Assembly (NCBI RefSeq): GCF_036321535.1 | Contig: NC_087437.1 | Span: 72,418,001 to 72,482,000 of the forward strand | Origin: Camelus dromedarius | Lineage: Eukaryota | Length of the DNA: 64,000 bases | Direction: 5' to 3' | Shown here: positions 1-11,918 of the stretch, in pieces | Layout: the number at the start of each line of letters is the position of its first letter | Numbering within the stretch: the first letter of the stretch is position 1 | Made by a program: the position numbers and the translations under genes | The notes under the pieces: model-generated | What the model was told of the DNA's origin: nothing | Seen by the model: only the letters and a program-made list of their open reading frames with translations | Database searches by the model: none

Positions 1-775
1 AGGTGGGTGAGAGTACGGAGACCAGGGGTTCTTGGGGAAAGCCTCCTGAACAGGACACAGAGGCATCAGCTGGAACTCTGTTCAGGTTCTGACAATTCAA
101 AGCGTGTTGCCTAACACATCCCATCTTTCCTAGCTGTCTTAATATTGACTACCATTTCAGACACAAGGAATGCCTCAGGACCACCCTCCCAGGAGGAGAT
201 GGCAGACAGACAACAGGTCCTTTATAGTTTGCTTCCTTTGAGAAGTTTGCCTCTACTCATTACCTGTTTCTTCCCATTCTGCTGCCTTAGAAGCACCGAG
301 GTGGGTTCCATCTTCTCTCTGCTGCTCTGTGCCACACTTTTAGGGTTCAGTAACAAGGGAAGATAGATTTTTTTGGTTGGTTTCTGTTGTTTTTATTTCC
401 CACAATATTCTGCTGTAAACTATGGACAATGATTTCCTAAGGGACAACTCATCTTTCCACCAAAAAGTGAATTAGATTAATTCAGGTCTCCTCTAGTCAT
501 GATAAGGTATGCTCACCACAGCACAGTGTTCCAGCCAAGAGCTGTGCTGAGGAGAGCATATTGTTGGGACTTACTCATGCTACTGTGTCAATCTTAGGAA
601 GAGCTCTTCTAAACTTTAAGAGTGTGGAAATAATCTCTCAGATCAATATGTGTAATTTGAGTTAGTTTGTCTCGCCCTGTTTTTCACAGCAGCATCATAG
701 CATCCCAGTCATCCACACCCCCATCTAAATGAAAATCTAGTGTTCCCAGAGGAAACTCATCATGTCTGTACTTAC

Positions 776-1317
776 TGCTGCCATAAAGACATGCTTGAAC
801 TGAAACCTCATTCGACAATAATGCATTTGAAAAACGTGGGTTTGGCTATGATGGGAACGGTATGATATTTGGAAAACAATTCTTTTCTGCTTTTGTAAGA
901 ATTCACTGGATGTCACTAGCGAACACTTAAACACGGTAAGAGAGAGATGTATGGCGAATCTCGGTCTGTCTCTGGTCTGAACCACCTCTGTGCTCTCGCT
1001 TTCCTTTTTCCCCTCTGCCATCTCATCGAATCCCTTTTCCCACAAAAGCAGCCACTGTGTAGCTATAGAAACTAAGCTGGACAGAGCAACCCTTATTTCT
1101 GCCATAAGAGAAAGCCTTGTCTGAGCAAAAGTGCTTCTGGTGTTCTGTGGTGAGGACTTCCGGAGCCGAGAACCCTTCTCGGGATCCCAAGGGAATCCTC
1201 TGTAATTCCAGCTCCACCTCTGCCACTCCAAGCCTCTTTTGAAAGTGAACTAGGCAGTAGGAGATCCTGATGATGTAGGTGAGAGGACAGCCGTGTGTGT
1301 GGCATCGAGTGCAGAAT
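776..1317 (-). other. Candidate first exon of an unidentified minus-strand gene that continues left of the window
   Basis: Non-repetitive sequence. On the minus strand: TATA-like TTTTTAAGAG (1351-1342), Inr-like CATTCT ~30 nt downstream (A at 1317), splice donor GCA|GTAAGT at 776/775. ATG at 792 with A at -3 would give MSLWQ plus a phase-2 junction. Gene not recognised. Confidence 0.35.
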
Positions 1318-1560
1318 GTCCCCAGAACAAGGATTTCCAGGCTCTTAAAAATGATGTGCTAGACCCTGCCCCTTCCTCTTGGATACACTGGAGTGAGAAG
1401 TGAAGAACCAAGGAACAAAATGGGCAGCATGGATTCTCACAAGCTAAGGTGTGAGTGCCACACTAGTCACAGCAAATAAACAAGCCCAAACTAGCAATAA
1501 TGCTATCAGTGGCGTGCGAGTGGGTGAGCATGGGTGGGGAGGGCGTCCCACCTCTGCCTA
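1318..1560 (-). promoter_or_regulatory. Proximal promoter-like motif cluster
   Basis: Forkhead site GCAAATAAACA 1472-1482, GATA CTATCA 1503-1508, GCGTG 1512-1516, CACCC/GC-box GGGTGGGGAGGGCG from 1532, a few retained CpGs, TATA-like 1342-1351. Confidence 0.4.
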
Positions 1561-4500
1561 GGGACCGAATTTCAACCTAGTGATCTGCTTCCATAGCCCA
1601 TATTCTTCCCACGACCATAACTTGCAGGGAATTGAGGATGAATTTTATTTTGTGCTGTTCGTTTACCTCTTTTGGTTTCTTATTTTTCTTTTTGAATTCC
1701 AGGGGAACAAGAAAAGCCTTCTGACACAACAGGAAGGGAAATTAACCTGGTATGTTCGGTTTAGCTGTTAAAACAAATGCAATCTCTGTTATACTATGCT
1801 AATATTTGTATACCTTCAAAAAATTTAATGAGTCTGCGTAACACTTACCACGTGTGTGGCACTGTTCTAAGTGCTATATATACTGATATACTTTTAAAAT
1901 GTGCTTATTTTACATTTACCTTTGTCTGCAGCAAAAGCTCTTCAGGATTAACAAGTCTCATAATAAATGGTCTTTTGGAAGGACTTGAATGGTAGTGTAG
2001 AACCTAAGCAGAAAAGTCAGAGACTGAGTGGTGTAACCTTGCCTCTATTCTTGGCCTGTTACATGGCTTCAGGCTATTCATTTATTCTCATAAAAATGCC
2101 TTAAAGTCTTTCTGGAAGAGAGTCAGGAATTAATTAAAGAATGAATCATAAATAACCTCATAAAATGAAGTGTGATTTCTTTATAAATCACACTATCAGA
2201 TAAAGAACCATGATCGTAAGTCTAGTTACTTCTCGAAAGTCCTGCGTGACGTGTATGGGCTCAGCAAGGAAGAGACATCCCGGACAAAGGAAAGGGAGTT
2301 TTGGGGGCAGTGCAAAGTTTTCCCACAAGTTCTTGGAATATAAATGTAGGCCTTCCTTTTGAGTTCAATGCTCTGTAAATATTAGAACTCAAAATAGAAT
2401 GCAAGAGGAGGCAATGCATTTTTGAAAAAGAATTTTACGAAGCTCTTTGGTTAAAAATAGATAGTCATATAAATGAGGCACTGCAAAGGAACTTTTGTGT
2501 GTGTGTGTATTTCTGTTAAGAAGAGTAGAGATAAAAATGTAGCAGACTTCTTGGAATTTCCAGAAATGCCAGAAGCAGATATAGCCAATACTTCTATATA
2601 ATATTAAATTTCACTTCGCATTCCCCACCAGTTTACCCAATTTTAAATCAAACTAAATAAATTCAACTTGATAAGCTTGTGTTAGATTTTTTGTAAGCAT
2701 CAGTAGGCAACACTGTGTTGGGTGCTAAGGTTTTGTTTCTTCAAGTAGGGCAATTTTCATAAATATGATTTCCTTTCTTCCTATAGTGAACAACAACAAT
2801 AAATTACATTTGGTTACAATCAGGCCTAAGAGCTATGACACCACTTAAAACAATAATCTAAATAATTTACTGGGCTGGTAAAACCCAGGTTGGTTAAAAT
2901 AAAGTCCATATTTTTCCTGTGTAAGCTGGATGAATTGTTAATAATTTGAAGTTGAATTCAAGAGGGGTTTTTCTGTGTGTGCAATGATTTGGAAATTTTA
3001 AGTTGTTCATGTCTTTCACAGAAATGCCCAGTTTTGTCCCATTTGAATTGTCAAACATTTCAGAAAATAATCAAAGAGATGCCATATTAGATCTTTGAGA
3101 CTAAAGATTTGTTAAGGAAGTTGTATGGGAATCAGTGGAATAGAAATCCAAAGTAGAGAAAGGAACTGGTAAAAATATGGCAGGTACATATAAAAGCCAA
3201 AGTTCTAATCCTATTCCACAGTGTCTTTTGAGGGTATAAAAGTGTTTGTGTAACTATAAATTGGTGAATTGTATATTTTTTAAAAATGTGCTTTATAAAC
3301 TGTAAAGTGCCATACAAATATATACAGAGTAAGATAACTGCTTCACCAGCACCAGCCTCGTGGCATCCACCCACTTTGATTAAGGTGCCACAAGATAGGT
3401 TCAGCATGGGGCACCATGTTTTCTTTTACCCATCTACTCTACAAAGTTTTCCATGGAAGCCAGCCATCTTTTGGGAAAGGATCCAGGTAACTGAGTTGAC
3501 AGACTATATAGACCGAAAAGTACCTCAGGGACCTCGCTGATCCATTAAAGAGTTACGGCTGTTTATTAGATCACATGACAGTCGTCTTCGCCAGTGCTCC
3601 AGGCTCCTTTGAGGCTCTTTCCATCTGAGCCAAGAGACGGAAGGTTAAGGCAATCCTTGCCTCCTTTCAGTCATTCAGCCTTGGTGTTACCTCCTGGGCA
3701 GCCCCTCCCCTCAGAGGGAGGCAATGTGCTCAGCGGTTAACACCGAGTTTGCCGGGATGGTGAGCCAGACAGGCTTGTGTGGTAGAACTCTGAACACATG
3801 CAGGGAGGATGACAAGGACCCGGGAAGGCATGTGGGCTATCAAAGGCCGTGCACCCGATAGCTTACAGCAGTTAGGCCAGACTTGAAGAACATAAATTGA
3901 CTGGCAAAACCTGACTTAAAAAATGGAAATAACAATCCTTAGCATCAATGTGATACCTTCATTTTTACCGGCTGGGTCCCTTGAATAGCTAGGAACGGCT
4001 AACAAACAGTTGAAAAGAGTAAAAAAAAATTAGGACCCATTATTTTTAGTTTCCCTAAGTTTACCTCTTTCTCAGAAGCTTTAAGATATTTGCCTCCATT
4101 TGAAAGTGTAAGAATTGTCTTGTGATAGAAATCATTATCAGAATATTTTAGAACTTTTTCTAAGCTTTGCCTACCCATACCAAACTGACAGCAATTTTCA
4201 GTTCCAGATTTCAAATCATAATACTATACCTTGGCTAATTCATAATATTTATTCTTTCTGCCTCCTAAGAGGGTATCTGTTCTGCTTTAATTACTTCATC
4301 CTGGACTTTGTTAATGCTACCCATTATACTACAAGTTGCCTGAAGTTCTTATGGGATATATTCTTTTCTCATTAATTTGGGCTGTGCTTTTCATCTTGAA
4401 GAGGGATTGAAAAGTGTTGTGTGACCTCAAAAGTGACCAATAATGAAGCACAAAATAAATATTTGGGAAAACTAGGGTTCCTTAAGCCTTTGACCCTTTA

Positions 4501-5619
4501 ATATGTGAGAATCTGCTAAAAAAAAAAAAAAAAAGATGTCAACAGCATTTGTGAGGAAGAGTAGATTATTTCTCTCGATGTATACCGACTCAGCTTGGCC
4601 TATACTAATAGTCTGCTGACGATTGTGCGCTCTCACATCCTTTGGTAGTAGTTAAAGCAACCTTTTCTCTGTTAGGTTGAGGTTCCCCAGCCCTTTAGGA
4701 GTGAGCAAACTGAAGTTGGCACCAGGCAAAATTCCCAAACACTGTTATCAGAAACTGAAATTTATGATAATAACCCTGGGATCAGGGTCCAGAAAGAGTC
4801 TGGGGTATATCTTAACCCTTGTCTGAAAGAAAACAAAGAGGACATTGGTTAAGGGAATGAACCCAAGACAGGCAGGAAGTCTACACGAAACACCTACAAA
4901 AAATGCAGCCGTATGCATGAGGAGATAAGTCTGGCCCTGATCTCCCACTGGTGATTATTAAACGATCTGCCAGTTAACAGCATTATCTGAAACAAACAGG
5001 AGGTCAAATACTATTTCCTGACCTGAGAAGTTTCATTTTAAGGAGGTTCATGTTGATGCTTGAGTCTTACGGGACCATTGGCCAAATGACTAAAATTTCT
5101 CCCAGAAACTTCTTTGGGAGCTTTTTATACTATAGCCTTGGACAACAAAAATCCTCTGTCCTAAACTGAATGATATGAATAGCAGGGCAGCAGAATATTT
5201 AAAATCAGCCACATTTTATCTGGTACACAAACACAGTATTTTCTTTGGGGCTATCAGAGACACATGTAGGGGAGAGAGGTTTGTATTGTCTGGATCAGTT
5301 TACTATACATTCTTGAAAAAGAATGTCCCAGTTTGACTAACTATCCACACATTCAGGAATGATAGTGTTTATTCCCAGTCAATCTCCCGTAATAAGAAAT
5401 TTTCCTTTATCAATCTAATATTGGAGTTTTTTAAATGTAAAGGAGAAATCATTTTAGACTTGATGATATAAGAAAAGAATGGAAAGAATGAACCATACAA
5501 AAAAGATATGGAATATATCTATAGAGTAGATGTTCCCCACTCCTGACAAATGAATGCTTGTATCTACCCTGTTAGATTGCTAAGCAAATAGAAATAGTAG
5601 TAGAGCAATTAATATATGG

Positions 5620-6564
5620 TGCATTTTTAAACACAGTGGTGACTCAGTGTTTGGGTAACATAGACTAATATGTATGAATGTGACATAATGCTGCTGAATT
5701 AATATATTTGTGGATGTCTAACAGTGTAAAAAATCAGTGATAACAGGTATAGGCAAGCAAGTGCACAGTAATGGTTTAAGCTGCCGCATTATTGACCTGA
5801 TATCAAAATAAAAGTGCAATTAATGGAACGGAGATGAGCCAGGGTATTTAGTTGGCCAGTATGAGTCAACACATTTTCATTCACCACGACTGTATCTTGT
5901 TGTTCCTCTTACTAAAGAATAGGGAAAAATCATGCAATAGTGAAGTAGTGCAGTTTGATAACCATTTATTTTTAAATGATAAGGTTATAGCCACTTAAGA
6001 GCAAGAAGAGATAGTTTCAGATTATCTGCATTTCCAGAGTGCCTGAGTCTAATTACTTCAAAAATAGCCCATAGCATTGTTCAACAGCTTGAGGATATTA
6101 GGATTCTCAGGTTCTCCTACTAAACAGTGTAATAGACCTCTTACAAAGTGAATAGCAAATGCTGGGATCCATTTGAGCGAATACGTCAGCTGCTGCACAA
6201 ATGAATGTGGGGTATGTGTGTGTGAGAGAGAGGGTGGGGGGTATTGAGTTAGTATACAGAAAGAAGGGTAGTGACTTACAGAAATGGTAAAAAGAGAAAC
6301 GGAAAAACCCTGACATTCCATTTCAGTTTGCTGAAGAATCTCAAAATTCTAGAGGAAATGAGTCATTAAAGAAAATGTATGAAAATAATGTATTAAGTTA
6401 TGGGGCTGGGAGTATGACACCCCATAAAAGTTTTTGTCCTCAAAAGACAAAGCTGAGCTTTGGTGGCAGAGTTTTTCTTATGTAACACTGGCATTTAAGA
6501 CTTTCGCCCCGTTGGATTGGGGTTGCGGGGGGAGCTGTTTTGGAGTCACCGTCACCTAGCCAGT
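5620..6564. promoter_or_regulatory. Enhancer/promoter-like cluster upstream of the fossil ORF
   Basis: AP-1 heptamers at 5640-5646, 5862-5868 and 6359-6365 (the last in AGGAAATGAGTCA), PAR/D-box TTATGTAA 6478-6485, TTTAAGA 6494-6500, ATTGG 6516-6520, and a GC/CpG-richer stretch 6500-6560. Confidence 0.35.
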
Positions 6565-7066
6565 ATGGTATCATTACACCTAGAATTTTGAGCAGTCAAT
6601 TCTAGGAAGACTCTTGCAGCCAAGATGCATTTTGGGCAACTAACATACAAAAGATGTATTAAAACAGCTGCTGTGGTATTCTTAAAAATAGAAACAGGAA
6701 GTAAGGGAAGGACACATTTAGCTGTTCTTATCAGAACACACAAAGCTAAACAGTACCTTCATGATTCTTTTGAATTTGAACAACACAACATTTCGGTCTA
6801 TTGTTGAGAATATTCATAGCATGTCCTACTGTAAAGGTAATGTTGATAATGATTTCACCTCTGTAAATAATTTATATTTGTACCATGCTGCCAAAACCAT
6901 AAATTATGTTTTTATTCCTTCTTAATAAAAGGCATCAGAGTTCTATATGTACATCCCAAATCTATTTTAGTGTTATCTACATGACTTATTTCATTAATAA
7001 AATATAAGAAAAAAATATGTAGATAATTTAATGACTTTCCATGATTCTGAAGCCTGTTGTCATCTA

Positions 7067-7190
7067 CTCCCTTGCTATTCAAAAGATAGTCCCCAAATTA
7101 GTAAGATAGACAACCCCTGGGAGTCATCAGAAACGCAGAACCTCAGGCTTAAGAATCTGTATTTTCACAATATCACTCAGGTGATTCGTG
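7067..7190. mobile_element. MER5-like hAT-Charlie MITE fragment
   Basis: Matches the recalled MER5 core (cctgggagtcatcagaaacgcagaacctcaggc...agaatctgtattttcacaa...caggtgattc). Inserted just after the FHDSEACCHL codons. Confidence 0.7.
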
Positions 7191-8169
7191 AAGCTTGTGA
7201 TCCACTTAGCCATTATGAACTCACATCTCCCCACCAGGAGTCAGGTGTGGCAGGAAGCCAGTTCACATTGACAGACTCATTTGGAAGGTTCTACATTTAT
7301 CAGTTATCAGTTCTGGCTCATTAGCAGAAGGAAGGGATTAGGACTAGGTAAGGTTCTGAAACTACATTGGAGAAGATCGTATACATGCTGATGTCAATGA
7401 CAAATCATAAAATGGCCATTTAAGGTAAGTATGTATAATAGGAGGGTCCCAAAGTGGGCAGGTTAAAATCGGGAGGTCAGTAATCCAAATAACAGTGACC
7501 AGAGATGAGGCATGAGTATAGGACACAAAGGGCGTGCAGGTAGAATAATTATGATAAGTGACTTTTATTAGCATTTTAATTATATATCCCTGGAGAGATA
7601 CATTATAAGAACAAATCTGTATTTGGTATTTTTCATAAATATATTAATATTGTTATTTTAAAAATAATATGTATATGGTATAAGATAAACATGTAACTAT
7701 GTTAATATACTTAGAAATAAAGCTTTCCCGCACAGCAAAATTTAACACAGGTACAAAATTAAAGATGTTAAGAATTCTGAAATTCAAGCTGCAAATTGAA
7801 AGTATTGCTTTTTCTATTAAAAACTATTTCTAAATCTGACCACTGAAGCAAAACAAATTAAAAGAATCAAAATTATCAGACTTCATAGACTATGTAACTG
7901 TAAGCCTGATAACACCTAGAAATCAACTGGAAATGTGTTTTTAAAAGTAAAGGCGAAGTGTTATAAAATATGTAAAAAAAATCTTTATGTATACATTGCA
8001 GGAATCATGGAGATTAAATACTAGTTTCTAAAATTCTAAAGGGATCAAGTAGATTACACAAGTGAGTGGAACATACCAGATGGATAACTGTAACAAACTG
8101 ATTAACACTCGCTTTGTCTCAATTAGACGTCTGGTAGCTCTAGGAGATTACTGACATTGCTTTCCACCA

Positions 8170-8700
8170 TTTTGCATAGGGACAATTCCTATTCATTTAA
8201 TAATTTAATTCTCACTTTCTTTTTAAGTTCTTCCATGGATTTTCCTACATGAGATTTATACCTCATTCTGTGCTTCCTCAGCATTTTGGATTATAATTCT
8301 TTGTGTCTTGAGAGCAGCCTGACTCCTTCATCCACCCACATCTTGAAGGCAGGGGTTGTAGACTTCATCTATATGTATGTATTTGTTTTAAATGGTGAAC
8401 ATTTGTTTTAAATAAATGTTACACATAGGAATTTATTTAATCAATTATTTTAATTAAATTGATATTACTATTTTTAAAATTCAGTTATAATCTGGTTAAA
8501 CTAATTTCTCAATACAATCTCCCCTTATTTCCTAGTACCAAGGATATGGAATTTCTACTCTTATTCAATGGCCTTCCATGCCTGTGTTCCTATTTCTACT
8601 TTATATATCTACCATCTCAATGTTCAAAGCTTGCTTATAGAATTACTTCTGATTATTTATTCAAAGTCTGACCAAACAGACATTTTTAGACTAGATTTTG
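8170..8700 (-). mobile_element. Old L1 (L1ME-like) ORF2 fragments
   Basis: T-rich degenerate sequence with recalled antisense L1 ORF2 motifs (aaggatatggaatttctactcttattca). Boundaries approximate. Confidence 0.4.
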
Positions 8701-9533
8701 CATTAATCTTATCTAAAGGTCCTTTTGTCCTAAGTTTGGTCTCCCCTTAATGTTCTAGTCCTGTTTCAGTCTCCAGACTTATATTCCCTTAAACCTATCC
8801 CCAGGTTAAACCATCCATCTGTGTATGTGTTGGGAAGAAGCTGATTCAAGATGTTAGGTGTAGCTATGCCTCTGGTTGGCAGAGAAATGAGATGCTTGGA
8901 ATGGCCTCTGGAAAAAAAAATTAAGAGCATAAATGAAATCTTCATTTCCGAAAATAATTAAAGACTAACATATTATTGTATCTCCTCTGTTCCTAGCACT
9001 ATGAAAGCAATTGTGGGTCTTAATTACCAGGCTATCAGATTTGGAGTATTTTTAATAGACATTAGGGAAACCGTTGAATGGTTTGTGTATGAGGCATTTA
9101 CCTTAACCTCTCTGGGTACCAACTTTTCAAATGAAAAATGAAGATCAAAATAAAAAAATTGTCAGTAGAGCTATCCTTCTTATTGTGCCCATGACAGTAT
9201 TTACAGAGAGTTCTCCATGACATTCTAAGAAACCAGTTCTGTTGATTAGAATTTGTCTTCAAGACAAAACCTATATGCCATACCAGGGCTGGATGGTCAT
9301 TTGCTTCTCTTATGATGCTTGCATTCCAAGTCTCTGATTCTATAACAAGCCTGAGGAAGGACAAAAAAGATGTGTAGTTCATGATTTCTGCTTGGTAGGA
9401 ACATGCAATTTGGGTGGGAGGAAAGAAAAAATAAATTAAGAGGAACTGTGTACATATTTATCAAGTGTAAGACTTAGCTACTAGTAGTCAAAAAAATTTT
9501 AGTTAATATTACAAAATTCCAAGAGATGAGGAT

Positions 9534-9883
9534 TTATATGGTCTGAATATTTTTGTCCTCCAAATTCATATGTTGAAACCTTCACCCACAAAGGTGATAA
9601 TAGTAGATTGGGGCCATTGGAAGGTAATTAGGTCGTGAAGGTGGAGCCGTTATGAATGGGATTAGTGCCTTGTAAAAGAAACCTCCAAGAGATCTGTAGC
9701 CACTCCCACCATGTAAAGACCCAATAGGCAGTTTCTGCAATCTGAAGACGGCCCTCACCGGAAACATACTGGCACCCTGATCTTGGACATCTAGCCTGCA
9801 GAACTGTGAGAAATAAATTTTTATTGTTTATGAGTCACCTATTTTATGATATTTTGTTATAACGTACCAATTGGACCAAGACA
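9534..9883 (+). mobile_element. MLT1A-like MaLR solo LTR with 5-bp TSD
   Basis: Starts tatggtctgaat..caaattcatatgttgaaacc, has agaactgtgagaaataaattt, ends ..ccaagaca. AGGAT is duplicated at 9529-9533 and 9884-9888. Confidence 0.9.
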
Positions 9884-10689
9884 AGGATGTTTCATACACG
9901 ATAAAACTCTTATCCCCATTAAAGTGTATATATTCAACAACAGGAAGTGACAGCTATCTCTGTATCTTTTTAAAAACCATTTAAAAAGAGAATGAAAAAA
10001 GGTCATTTTAAAAAAATGTTTTTTAAGCCTGAATAGGAAGTGAAATCAATCTGATTGATATATCATATTTAGGCTACTGTAGGAGCCTGGCCAGAGTTCT
10101 CTACTGGGCTTCTTCATGTTAACATCCATCAGAATGTTCAGCCAGAGATGGTAAAAGAAGGTGGTTCCATGGGTATAAACTGCCATTCATCTTTACCTTT
10201 AATGTTCCTTCTGGGGCTTATATGGGGGGAATAGATTTAGCCTAAATATGTCAGAGGGATGTAGTTAAAGGACTGGACCTCAGACAAACCTAAGACCTGA
10301 ACTTAAAGAAGGATAATCCTCAGAAATTGATCTTGAACTCACCTGATGGAAATGTCTTGGGATTTCTTTATACCAGTTATTTGTACATGGTGAGTGGGTA
10401 GGCAGATAAGCTAGAAACTGCAGAGAAGTCAGGCAGGAGAGGGTACCAGGAGGGTCTGAAGTTTACTCCTGGCTTACAACTCCAACAATAACAAAGATTC
10501 ATTTTTACTCTGGTAGATTTCTCACTCAAAATGGGTAGAATCATTTATAGCTTATGCAACTACTGAGGTATTTAGAGGCTTAGGATGAAAAATTCTGCCA
10601 GGGGAAATGCTATATTGCAACTCTGAGTGATTTGTAACTGTACTAAAAGTACTCAGTGTTCTTTAAATGGTTTGTTATTTTCTCTTCTG

Positions 10690-11330
10690 AGCTATGTCTC
10701 CCTGTTCTTGGAAACTGATTTAGATTTATTTCTCAGGCAGCTGGAATATTTTCTTCCAGTAAGGTAAATGGGTGGTATGCTTTTTTTTTTAATCCGTCTA
10801 TGTCTGAGAGTGTGTTTATCTTGCCCTCACATATAATTTGGCTGGATACAAAATTCTTGATAACATTTTTCTTTCAGAATGATGTAGCTACTATTTTAAT
10901 TGGTTCTGACTTTGAGCATTATAGAAACAAAGTCTATTAAAAATATGATTTTTTTTCCATTTTAGGTAACTTGTATGTTTGTTTCTTTTTCCTGATACAT
11001 AATTGCAGAAATGTTTTTTTATCCTTGAAATTCTGAATTTCAAGTAGCATTTTTCCAAGTGTGTCTTTCTTAATTCTTCTCTACTTCTGGAATCTCAGCT
11101 GAAAGCATATTTTTCCTCTTGGTGCTCTCCTCTAGTTCCCTTATCTTTTGGCTAATCATATTCCTTGCTTTTCAGTTTTCTTTGAGTTATGGATAATTAG
11201 TTCCTCATGTTTTTTAAGTCATTGATTTGGCAATCTGTGGTATCCTGATCACTACCTCTCCTGGCTTTTTAAAAAAATTTTAAGTAGAAATTTTATAGAC
11301 ATAAAACATTCATAAAGAAAAAAAAAGCAC
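10690..11330 (-). mobile_element. Old L1 (L1ME-like) ORF1-region fragments
   Basis: Antisense L1 ORF1-like motifs: gtctgagagtgtgtttatcttgccctca, ataatttggctggatacaaaattct, ttttatccttgaaattctgaattt. Confidence 0.6.
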
Positions 11331-11514
11331 AAATAATAAGTGCAAAGGTCATTGAATTTCAATTGTATGTCTTCAAGTAATTGAAACTGAGTCCCCCCAA
11401 AACCAAGTTCCTCTGATAAGTTTATGATTAACCTCTCTAGCCAAAATTTTATTCCCTTTCTTGTCCAGAACCTATTCCCCTCAAGACTGAAGAATATCAG
11501 ACAAAAGGGGGAAT

Positions 11515-11918
11515 TGAAACCACATACGAACCCCTTTGTCTCTGTCCTTTGAAGTAAAAGGCTTTTAGGTTAGTCTCCCAGGCCTCCCCGGAGTCTCGAA
11601 AGGCTGGCTCAGGATTTAATGGTTAGGAAATGAGAAGATGTACCAAGGAGAAGTAGCTGTTGGGCCGAGAAACTGGTAACAATTTTAGACTATAAATCCA
11701 CCACATAGCAGAATCACTGAACTCCCATTTCCCTGAAGTTATGGATAAAGTCCCGACACACATTCCTAAGTTGTGCCTGGGTCTTTTACGCACTGCCTGT
11801 CTGGACTCCTTGCTTGGTGCTCTGTAATAAATGCTGCACTTTCCTCCACCGCAACCCGGTGTCAGTAGATTGACTTTGCTTCATGCTGGCGCAGAGACCC
11901 AAGTTTGGTTGGGTAACA
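11515..11918 (+). mobile_element. ERV1-class LTR, with a PPT upstream and a PBS downstream
   Basis: PPT AAAAGGGGGAA 11503-11513, TG start at 11515, AATAAA near 11826, end ..gacccaagtttggttgggtaaCA at 11918, then PBS-like TGGTACCTCAGATGTGG from 11923. Confidence 0.8.

Larger units (their letters stand above)
6565..10660 (+). pseudogene. Fossil GIN/Gypsy-integrase-like reading frame, part 1: tandem H2C2-like modules plus first integrase core
   Basis: Manual translation with stops and frameshifts. ATG 6565 MVSLHLEF*..YKRCIKTAAVVF..LHDSFEFEQH..SYCKG..C/CCQ; 6919 FLIKGIRVLYV..KKKI/FHDSEACCHL; 7504 DEA*V*DTKGVQ..IYPWRDTL*EQICIW; 7913 HLEIN/LKVKAKCY..LYVYIAG; 8951 KIIKD*H../GVFLIDIRETVEW; 9276 CHT/GLDGHL..KKDV*FMISA/GTCN; 9990 E*KKVILKKC..; core WKCLGISL (10347), FIFTLVDF/SKWVESF (10498-10546). 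Confidence 0.6.

Noticed and set aside
737..1231. Longest ORF in the track (164 aa, minus strand)
   Set aside because: No recognisable domain, non-ATG start, and it reads through a splice donor; more likely 5'UTR sequence.
2169..2194. Perfect 10-bp inverted repeat AGTGTGATTT / AAATCACACT resembling a CRP site or terminator
   Set aside because: Spacing is wrong for CRP, the DNA is eukaryotic, and one such hairpin in 64 kb of AT-rich sequence is unremarkable.
4700..4823. Good minus-strand splice acceptor at 4823
   Set aside because: No convincing donor follows, and no recognisable peptide.
10390..10472. Possible + strand intron (GTGAGT..) inside integrase core 1
   Set aside because: No intact acceptor with a pyrimidine tract; it may be a simple insertion. 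Unresolved, so not claimed.
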